From Nitrosopumilus sp. (lineage in GTDB: Archaea > Thermoproteota > Nitrososphaeria > Nitrososphaerales > Nitrosopumilaceae), in contig CBDBCE010000004.1 of NCBI GenBank assembly GCA_965203315.1, positions 224,001-288,000 on the forward strand: a stretch of DNA of 64,000 nucleotides, in the 5' to 3' direction. Below, in pieces: positions 56,534 to 64,000 of the stretch. The number at the start of each line of letters is the position of its first letter. The first letter of the stretch is position 1. The position numbers were made by a program, and so were the translations under genes. The notes beneath the pieces were generated by a model. The model saw only the letters and a program-made list of their open reading frames with translations, was not told the origin of the DNA and did no database searches.

Positions 56534-57876
56534 ACTGTACTCTCCATTATACTCTCTAGTATATTCATTCCCTCAATTAGTGTCTTTTCATTCTGACAAG
56601 CTGATAATCTGACAAATTTATCATAATCTCCAAATCCTTCGCCTGGCGCAACCGCTAGTCCATGTTCAAGTGCATCTTTGGCAATCTTTGTACCACTGTC
56701 TTTGGTTCGTACAAATAGATACATGGCACCACTTGGTGGAACAAACTCTAGCTTCATATCTGTTGCCATCTTGGTTAATAGATCCAATCTCCTCTTGATT
56801 ATGTTGGCATAGTCTACATTTACATCTAGTGCTTTAACTGCTGCATATTGGATCGGCGACGAGACGCTTGTCAGACATAGCGCTGCAAGTTTTGACATAC
56901 GTTGTATGATATCGGGACTGGACACCGCATATCCTATACGAAGTCCGGTCATCGCATGAGATTTGGAGAATGACTGGGTTATGATACTCTTTGGATATCC
57001 ATAACTCAAGATACTCTTGTGTCTGACCGACGTATATGTAGAGTATATCTCATCACTGAGAAGATACAGTTGGTTGTCTCTTGCAATGTCTGCTATTCCG
57101 TCTTGTGTCTCTATGGGCAAGACTTTTCCTGTAGGGTTGTTTGGATAGTTTAGCACGATCATCTTTGTATGTTGGTTTATCAGACTCTGTATCTGATCTA
57201 GTGACGGTTCCCATCCGTCCTCAAGTGTTGTGTGAACTATACGTACCTTGACTCCTGACTCAAATGCACAGCTCTTGTACGCAGGCCATGCAGGTTCGAT
57301 CACGATCATCTCGTCGCCAGGATTGAGTAGTGTCTTTATTGCAGAGAATACTGCAAACCTAGCTCCTGGACTTGCCATGATGTTATCTGCTGTTGTGTCG
57401 TATCCCAACTTTGTTGCAACGCTCTCTCGAAACTCTTTCGTACCTGTGGGTGATCCATACTTTACATGTCCCAGGTCTACGGCTGATGACAGTCCTTGTT
57501 GTACTACACTAGGTGGGGCAAAGTCAGGCTCGCCTACTTCCATGTGTATTATCTCTCTGCCTTGTTGCTCAAGCTCTTTTGCTTTGAGAAATATTCCGAG
57601 GTGCGTCTGTTTATTGGCAGATTGGATCTTTATTGACTCGTTTAGAAGAATATTTAGGAATCTTGTTGCAGTCGACTCGTCCATATCTATCTCTTTACAC
57701 AATGCTAAGACTTTGCTGCGTAAACTATGCTCTCTTGACTCGTCTGTCACTCCTTTACCTATGTGCTCTTTTACCTTGCCAATGTCTGCGGCCAAAGTAT
57801 TACGAGTCTTGAGTAATCGGATCATACTGAGTGTAGTCTGATCCATCTTGTCTCTGAGATCTCTGATATCTGACAT
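56530..57876 (-). CDS. Chorismate mutase - class I/II aminotransferase fusion
   Basis: N-terminal AroQ-like helices (LRDKMD..R..IGKVK..D.SRE); NYPNNPTG, SDEIY, SFSKSHAMTGLRIG. Confidence 0.9.
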   Translation of the reverse strand: MSDIRDLRDKMDQTTLSMIRLLKTRNTLAADIGKVKEHIGKGVTDESREHSLRSKVLALCKEIDMDESTATRFLNILLNESIKIQSANKQTHLGIFLKAKELEQQGREIIHMEVGEPDFAPPSVVQQGLSSAVDLGHVKYGSPTGTKEFRESVATKLGYDTTADNIMASPGARFAVFSAIKTLLNPGDEMIVIEPAWPAYKSCAFESGVKVRIVHTTLEDGWEPSLDQIQSLINQHTKMIVLNYPNNPTGKVLPIETQDGIADIARDNQLYLLSDEIYSTYTSVRHKSILSYGYPKSIITQSFSKSHAMTGLRIGYAVSSPDIIQRMSKLAALCLTSVSSPIQYAAVKALDVNVDYANIIKRRLDLLTKMATDMKLEFVPPSGAMYLFVRTKDSGTKIAKDALEHGLAVAPGEGFGDYDKFVRLSACQNEKTLIEGMNILESIMESTV

Positions 57877-58973
57877 TATAGTACTGGCTTGATAACTCCT
57901 GCCATTAATGCGTGGTCTGCTAGTGTTAGAGATACAAGAGCGTCAACCACCGGTGGCGCTCTAGGGACGACACATGGATCATGTCTTCCTTTGACCTCTA
58001 GCGTGGTGATCTCTCTTGTTTTTATATCTACAGTACTCTGACTCTGTGGTATTGATGATACCGGTTTGAATGCAACTCGCATAACTATGGGCATTCCATT
58101 TGATATGCCTCCTAGTATTCCTCCTGCGTTGTTTGTTTTAGTTATGATCTTGTCTTGTTCTATTGTGTATAGATCGTTGTTCTCTGATCCAAACAACTCT
58201 GAACCACGAAATCCGGATCCAAACTCGACTCCTTTGACAGAAGGTATAGAAAATATTGCTCTACTCAGATCAGACTCTAGCGAGTTAAATATCGGTTCGC
58301 CAAGTCCTACTGGAACGTTGGTTGTGGTAGACTCGATTATTCCACCTAGAGAATCTCCTGCCTTCTTTGCAGCAAGAATATCGTCATGCATAACTTTTGC
58401 CGTCTTGGTATCTGGACATCGTGTATCACTATTGTATATTCTATCTATCATTGTATCATCAAAACTTTGTAACATCTTGGTCTTGCCGATCTGTATCGTA
58501 TACGCATGAGTTTCCATGTTGAGAACTTGTTTGACAAGCTTGCGTGCTATTGCTCCACCCAATACATGAGTTGCAGTTAATCTACCGGAGAATCGTCCTC
58601 CTCCACGATAGTCATTTTGATAATTGTATTTTATCATTGCAGTATAATCAGCATGTCCGGGTCTGAGTTTTGTTCTAAGGGCATCATAATCTTTTGATCT
58701 ATGATCACTGTTGCGTATCATCATCGTTATTGGAGCTCCAGTTGTATGTCCACGAAACGTACCTGATACTATCTCTACTGTATCCCCCTCTCTCCTCTGT
58801 GTTGAGATGATGCTCTGACCAGGTCTACGCTGATCCAACATTGGTTGTATGTCGTGTTCGTCAATACTCAATCCTGCAGGACACCCATCTAGTACCGCAC
58901 CTATAGCTATACCATGACTCTCACCGAAACTTGTCAAGACCAGTCGTTGACCAATAGAACTACCAAACAACAT
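57876..58973 (-). CDS. aroC: Chorismate synthase
   Basis: GESHG, RPGHAD, RGGGRFSGR, GRHDPC. Confidence 0.96.
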   Translation of the reverse strand: MLFGSSIGQRLVLTSFGESHGIAIGAVLDGCPAGLSIDEHDIQPMLDQRRPGQSIISTQRREGDTVEIVSGTFRGHTTGAPITMMIRNSDHRSKDYDALRTKLRPGHADYTAMIKYNYQNDYRGGGRFSGRLTATHVLGGAIARKLVKQVLNMETHAYTIQIGKTKMLQSFDDTMIDRIYNSDTRCPDTKTAKVMHDDILAAKKAGDSLGGIIESTTTNVPVGLGEPIFNSLESDLSRAIFSIPSVKGVEFGSGFRGSELFGSENNDLYTIEQDKIITKTNNAGGILGGISNGMPIVMRVAFKPVSSIPQSQSTVDIKTREITTLEVKGRHDPCVVPRAPPVVDALVSLTLADHALMAGVIKPVL

Positions 58974-59181
58974 TATGTCTCGTGTATGATCACGTTTATA
59001 ATTCCTCATTATTTCGTAGATTCTGTCAATGTCGTACGGTTTACAGTTTTTCTCCTTTACAAAATTCTTGATTTTGCAAAATGTAAAATGATTACAGGCG
59101 ATCTAGTTTGTTGTTTTGAATCAGATTGTATACACTCAGATATCATCTAAATCTCACTTTTCATCAGATTAATGTAACCGA

Positions 59182-60036
59182 CTAGTCGTCGATCTGAACA
59201 ACTGCCTTTTGATTGTTGATCTTTGATACGATTATTCTCCCATCCATCTCACGAAATACACTCTCTACTGCACTAGTGTCATGTTGTTTTACAATTGCAG
59301 CTAATGCGGGACCGTTACCGGATACCGACGCAGCTATTGCTCCTGCCTCTAGGAGATCAGTTACTATCTTTGGCTCAGAGCCTAGTATTTTAGCAGCTGC
59401 AAGGCCGTTTATGTTCATCGCCTTCCAGTATCTTTGATCTCGTGCTAGATGCCACGCACTTTCAAACGCCGGTCTCAGTACCTCTAACTCTTTGACCTTT
59501 CCACGTCTCCTGTTCCTTGGCAGAAATATTACCGAAAGCATATCTGTTGGTCCAGGCTCCTGTCTGACTCTCTCACATCTTTCGTTATCTGTTACGTTGA
59601 ATCCTCCGTAATAACAAGAACAAGCATCATCATATGCTCCTGTAATGCTGACGCCAGCTGATATTGACGCTCTGACACCGGCAACGAGTATCTCTTGATC
59701 TGTCATATTTGGTTTAAAGATCTTGGCTGTCGCCATTGCAATTGCCGATGATATCGCGCTAGAACTCTTTAGACCGTATCCTGCTGGAATCTCTGAGTCT
59801 AGTTCAACTAGTATCTCGTTTGACTCTATCTCTGAACTAGAAACTATCTCTGATATTGTACTCTGTACCAACCGTAGACTCGTACTCTTGTCATCGGATT
59901 GTATGGTGATACCGTGCCCTCTGGTCTTTGTTACTGTTGCCCTCACAGTCAGATCTATGCCCAGAGTTGCTCCTCGTCTAGCAGCTATGGCATTTACTAT
60001 TGATATTGCCCCATGTACTGTACTGGTCGCCTTCAT
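59182..60036 (-). CDS. aroK: Archaeal shikimate kinase (GHMP family)
   Basis: IPAGYGLKSSSA, TGAYDD, SGNGP. Confidence 0.93.
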   Translation of the reverse strand: MKATSTVHGAISIVNAIAARRGATLGIDLTVRATVTKTRGHGITIQSDDKSTSLRLVQSTISEIVSSSEIESNEILVELDSEIPAGYGLKSSSAISSAIAMATAKIFKPNMTDQEILVAGVRASISAGVSITGAYDDACSCYYGGFNVTDNERCERVRQEPGPTDMLSVIFLPRNRRRGKVKELEVLRPAFESAWHLARDQRYWKAMNINGLAAAKILGSEPKIVTDLLEAGAIAASVSGNGPALAAIVKQHDTSAVESVFREMDGRIIVSKINNQKAVVQIDD

Positions 60037-60855
60037 TCACACTCCTCCCAACAATGCACGTCTCATAGCTTTGTAGGGTGCTTTGATGCCGTGCCATATC
60101 TCAAATGCCCGCACAGCTTGTCCCAACAACATCTCGTATCCTAGTATGACTGTGGCACCGTTTGCTTTTGCTTTCTGTACAAAGTCGGTGTTCATCGGCA
60201 TATACACAATATCATACGCTATGATCCCTGACGCGTGCTCAAACTTTACTAGGCTGGGCTCGTTTTGTAGCCCAAGCGGTGTTGCATTGATTACAATATC
60301 ATATCCGTTTACATTTGACACATCAGATATGTTTGATACTGTTGCATCTAGATCCAACTTTGTAGCAAACTCTGCAAGTACATCTGCATTATGTTGAGTT
60401 TTATTTGCAATTGTTATACTAGATATGTTCTCCATAGCTAGTCCTGCAACTATTGCTCGCGCCGCTCCACCCGCACCTAGTATCAACACTCTCTTGTTCT
60501 TTAGATCAATCTCTCTCTGCTTGAATGGTGCCAAAAAACCATCCATGTCTGTGTTGTACCCTTTTAGTATTCCATCTTGATTTACAACTGTATTGACCGC
60601 ACCGATGAGACTCGCTGACTCGTCCGTGATGTCTATGTATCGCATCATATCGATCTTGTGTGGGATGGTAACATTGAATCCACTTATTCTGATCTTCTTT
60701 AGTCCTTCTATTCCCAATGCGAGTTCGCCTCGAGGAATCCTATACGCAATATATGAGCAATCTAGATCCAATTCACGAAATGCAGCACTATGGATGTTTG
60801 GTGATAGTGAGTGATTTATCGGATCGCCAATCACAGCAAATGTCTTGGACATCAT
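60037..60855 (-). CDS. aroE: Shikimate dehydrogenase
   Basis: HSLSP, NVTIPHK, GAVNT, NTD, GAGGAA. Confidence 0.96.
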   Translation of the reverse strand: MMSKTFAVIGDPINHSLSPNIHSAAFRELDLDCSYIAYRIPRGELALGIEGLKKIRISGFNVTIPHKIDMMRYIDITDESASLIGAVNTVVNQDGILKGYNTDMDGFLAPFKQREIDLKNKRVLILGAGGAARAIVAGLAMENISSITIANKTQHNADVLAEFATKLDLDATVSNISDVSNVNGYDIVINATPLGLQNEPSLVKFEHASGIIAYDIVYMPMNTDFVQKAKANGATVILGYEMLLGQAVRAFEIWHGIKAPYKAMRRALLGGV

Positions 60856-60871
60856 CTCGTATGTTATGAGA

Positions 60872-61546
60872 TTAGCGATTTAAATCAAGAGTTATTATCT
60901 TGTTCATCTCGTCTAAACTAAACTGGCCTGGTGCAACTGGTTTACCTTGTGACACATATGTGTACGGGCTGCCCAAATACAAACTCAAGATCCTTGTGAT
61001 TCGACCTTGATCCCCCATCGCAAATGATATGAGATTTATCGAGTTGTCTCTATACAGAGATAGCATCTTTGTTGCGTCGTGTATGGTTCTAGCATTGCAT
61101 ACGATTTTTACATAGTTTGAGAATAGTTTCATCTGTTCCAATCTTCTTTTGAGTATATTGATACTGGGTGTAGATTTAAAGTTGTGCCAAGATATCAACA
61201 TGTTTGTTCTGGTTGTCTTTATGTAATCTGCAAGACTCTTGTCTCTTCGTATTGTGTTGTATTCTATATCTAGTAAAAACGGTTCATACTCTGCCACCAG
61301 TTTCAATATGGATGTGCGTTCTCTCTCACTGCCTGCAAACTCTCCTCCTTCATATTTAGATCTGACTGTACAAACCGTTCTAGGTAGATACTCTTTGATC
61401 ATCTCCAAGGCTGTCGGAATGTCTTTTGGTCTTAAGAAATCCAGTCTCGCCTCAACATATGTTGATCTCTGCAGTACTTTGGATGCAATCTGTCTAATTA
61501 TAGACGGACTAGTCTCTGCAATCGTTACACAAGTCTTGTATCTCAT
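60872..61546 (-). CDS. aroD: Type I 3-dehydroquinate dehydratase
   Basis: EARLD, TVR..EGG, SWHNF, FAMG..G..TR, APGQ. Confidence 0.93.
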   Translation of the reverse strand: MRYKTCVTIAETSPSIIRQIASKVLQRSTYVEARLDFLRPKDIPTALEMIKEYLPRTVCTVRSKYEGGEFAGSERERTSILKLVAEYEPFLLDIEYNTIRRDKSLADYIKTTRTNMLISWHNFKSTPSINILKRRLEQMKLFSNYVKIVCNARTIHDATKMLSLYRDNSINLISFAMGDQGRITRILSLYLGSPYTYVSQGKPVAPGQFSLDEMNKIITLDLNR

Positions 61547-62592
61547 TTCTCTAGTATGTACTCGTCTGATACTTGCATTCCAAAATGTCTTCCTGCAGCA
61601 GGTTTTGCATGAACCATTACCATGTCACCTCTCTTTAGGTGTGTTACCGAGACTAGATCGCCATCTGGTCTCACAAAACGTATCGTCTCTGCATCTTGTG
61701 CTATAATTCCCCCCACCTCTGATTTTACAACTGCCTTGATCATCAACATTGGTCTACGTTCTATCTTTGATCTGCCTACTGCTGCTCGCCGTGCTTGACC
61801 CTTTGCGTTCAAGATCAATACCTCGGATCCAGTCTCTATCTCTGATAGATAACTAGTTGTTCCATCTGGTAGTAGAGTGTAGCAGTGAACTGCACCTGCA
61901 TTCACTCGAAAAGGTCGCGGTGATGTAAATGATGAACCGACTGCTTCGTTGTGTACTAGGAACATAAAGTTTGATCTACTGCCCACAAGCATTCCTTCAC
62001 CTATACGTAACATCGAAGCTGTATCTACACATACGCGCTCACCGTCACCTACCTCTTTTATCTCGGTTATCTCTGCTGGTGTCATCTCAAAGTCTCTACT
62101 GCCCATGTATGTCATAGCTTCTCTAACTTGATCTATGGATGTTGCTGTGAATATTACCCCATCTACTCCTACCTCTAATATCGAGAACATCTTTCTGACC
62201 TCTTTTGGAGTATCTGCTATGGCAAATATCTTGGTGTGAATCTTGTGTAGTTTCGCAATGATATTCTCGAGTGGGATTATCTTCCAATCTTTAACATCTA
62301 CTATTACAAAACTGAGACCGCTCTCTGCCGCATCGTACAGTCCTTGAATGTCTGTATTTGATGATATCGAAAACCGTCTACCGATGTTTCTGTTTTTTGA
62401 TCTAGATGATCCATCTAGTACAATCATATCTGCTTTGTTTGATGTGTACATTGTTTGTAGTTTGGTCTTTTGGAGTCTTTTGGGATCTAGATATATCATC
62501 TCTATTCCCTCTGATTCAAGTTGTGCAAGGAACTTTGGCAACTGTGATTGAGGTACTTTGGGTACAATAACCAACTCTTTTGTCTTACTCAA
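61543..62592 (-). CDS. aroB': 3-dehydroquinate synthase II
   Basis: DWKIIPLEN, GERVCVD, RPFRVNAG, GRHFG. Confidence 0.94.
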   Translation of the reverse strand: MSKTKELVIVPKVPQSQLPKFLAQLESEGIEMIYLDPKRLQKTKLQTMYTSNKADMIVLDGSSRSKNRNIGRRFSISSNTDIQGLYDAAESGLSFVIVDVKDWKIIPLENIIAKLHKIHTKIFAIADTPKEVRKMFSILEVGVDGVIFTATSIDQVREAMTYMGSRDFEMTPAEITEIKEVGDGERVCVDTASMLRIGEGMLVGSRSNFMFLVHNEAVGSSFTSPRPFRVNAGAVHCYTLLPDGTTSYLSEIETGSEVLILNAKGQARRAAVGRSKIERRPMLMIKAVVKSEVGGIIAQDAETIRFVRPDGDLVSVTHLKRGDMVMVHAKPAAGRHFGMQVSDEYILEK

Positions 62593-63367
62593 ATCTCTTC
62601 ATTGCTTCCTTTGCTGAATGTCTTCTAAATACTATCTCGGATAGAGCTTCGACCATCTTTTCTGGTCTCTTGTGTGCAAATATGTTTCGACCATAAGTAA
62701 CTCCTTTAGCACCTGCTGCCATCACATCTTCGGTCATCTGTAAAATATCCATATCTGTCTCTGTCTTTGGTCCCCCCGCGACAACTATTGGTACGGGTGT
62801 ACTCTTTACAATATTTGTAAACGAGTCAATATCTCCTGTGTATACCGTCTTTACAATGTCTGCCCCACACTCTGCACCTATGCGTGCAACATGACCTACT
62901 ATGTCTGGATCATGTGGATTTGAGACATTCTCGCCTCTAGGATACATCATTGCCAAGAGTGGCATTCCCCACTGATGGCACTGTGTTGATATTGTTCCTA
63001 GCTGTTCTAACATCTCTGGTTCTTCCTTGCCTCCTATATTGATGTGGAGTGATACGCCATCTGCTCCCATCGCAACTGCCTCTTTTACAGTTCCAGTTAG
63101 CATCTTCCGATTGGGTGATACTGATAGTGATGTACTAGTAGAAAAATGGATCAAGACTCCTGCACGTATGGGTCTTGGTAGTGCTTTCAACACGCCTTTG
63201 TTTATTATTATGCTAGATAGTCCATGTCCGTCACATCTCTGAATCATCGATACAGGATCTTCAAGACCTTTTATGGGACCGTTTGATATTCCGTGATCCA
63301 TAGGGATGCAGAGCATCTTTCCTCTCCGCATTATGCGATCAAGTCTTATCTGATTCCCTGACACCAT
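62585..63367 (-). CDS. aroA': 2-amino-3,7-dideoxy-D-threo-hept-6-ulosonate synthase (class I aldolase)
   Basis: PMDHG, MYPRG, GADIVKT, AGGPK, GRNIF; first gene of the aro operon. Confidence 0.92.
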   Translation of the reverse strand: MVSGNQIRLDRIMRRGKMLCIPMDHGISNGPIKGLEDPVSMIQRCDGHGLSSIIINKGVLKALPRPIRAGVLIHFSTSTSLSVSPNRKMLTGTVKEAVAMGADGVSLHINIGGKEEPEMLEQLGTISTQCHQWGMPLLAMMYPRGENVSNPHDPDIVGHVARIGAECGADIVKTVYTGDIDSFTNIVKSTPVPIVVAGGPKTETDMDILQMTEDVMAAGAKGVTYGRNIFAHKRPEKMVEALSEIVFRRHSAKEAMKRFE

Positions 63368-63700
63368 GAATACTCTGATTTGATATATCCTATTTAAAAA
63401 TAGGCGATTAGCTACCTGGGACCCCTAACAGATACTGGATCATCGAATCAGAGCACGATCTTGGTTATCGTATTTCCACTCCATCTCCTAGATGATTGCC
63501 GGTACTAGTTTTCGTTCAACGTCATTATAAAATATCTATTCCTGAAATATCCGCCTCGTACTAGAACTACAGTTAGGACACTTTCAATAGGACATAGAAC
63601 ACATCATAACTAAATCAAAATAAAAAGAGGGCTAGCTCAAAGGTAGAACTAACTTTGTTGTCAGCAATGTATTCTACACATATACCATAATTAAAGGTCG

Positions 63701-63717
63701 TGGACCGGAAGGGATTC
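63701..63717 (-). other. Possible att site: isolated tRNA 3'-end fragment
   Basis: Minus strand GAATCCCTTCCGGTCCA resembles a T-loop end plus acceptor 3' strand; no upstream tRNA body. Confidence 0.45.
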
Positions 63718-64000
63718 TGTGGGATGTTATTTGTTGCTCATACTCAGATTCTACCATAGTTGTTTGATTAGCGGTTCTGCGAAATAAGCTTTATCGTCGC
63801 AGTAGAGATCAATTAATGTTCGCAGTCGAGTTGTTAATTTAATATCGTCAATCTTGTTGACGTTGTCTTTTCTATCTGGTTTGAAGAGATATAGATATAC
63901 TCGTACTCGTCCATCATTGATATTATTTGCCATCGAATCCCATAGATCTTGTTCTACATAAGCATGAATAGCAAGATCTCGTACATAGTCAGAATATCAC

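Noticed and set aside
63628-63670. tRNA-like start GGGCTAGCTCAAAGGTAGA
   Set aside because: No anticodon arm, T-arm or acceptor complement follows.

Overview
64 kb of an ammonia-oxidising archaeal (Nitrosopumilaceae-like) chromosome; the lineage is inferred from gene content and protein style. The backbone is housekeeping: carB, ABC permeases, eIF5A, Dph6, SRP54, Pus10, S24e/S27ae, apgM, galT, thiD-thiN, thiC and an archaeal shikimate operon that lacks aroA (aroA sits alone at 2.8 kb). The backbone is interrupted by many small mobile elements: five MITE families and IS110, IS66, IS6, IS5 and IS481 elements, several nested with readable target-site duplications (TSDs). An accessory island at about 12.7-28.2 kb carries an IS110/IS1111 recombinase whose 3' non-coding region contains guide segments matching its target (a MITE terminal repeat), an unusual class II tRNA-like gene with a GCC anticodon, a 7-bp tandem repeat in front of a Type ISP restriction-modification gene, and a row of toxin-antitoxin and secreted-protein cassettes separated by same-orientation MITE-A copies. 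Elsewhere: a second secreted-protein/membrane-protein pair with the same promoter and signal peptide but an unrelated body, and a 3085-aa eight-repeat surface protein with a G12 tract between its TATA box and start codon. All calls come from reading the sequence and motifs by eye; no searches were run.
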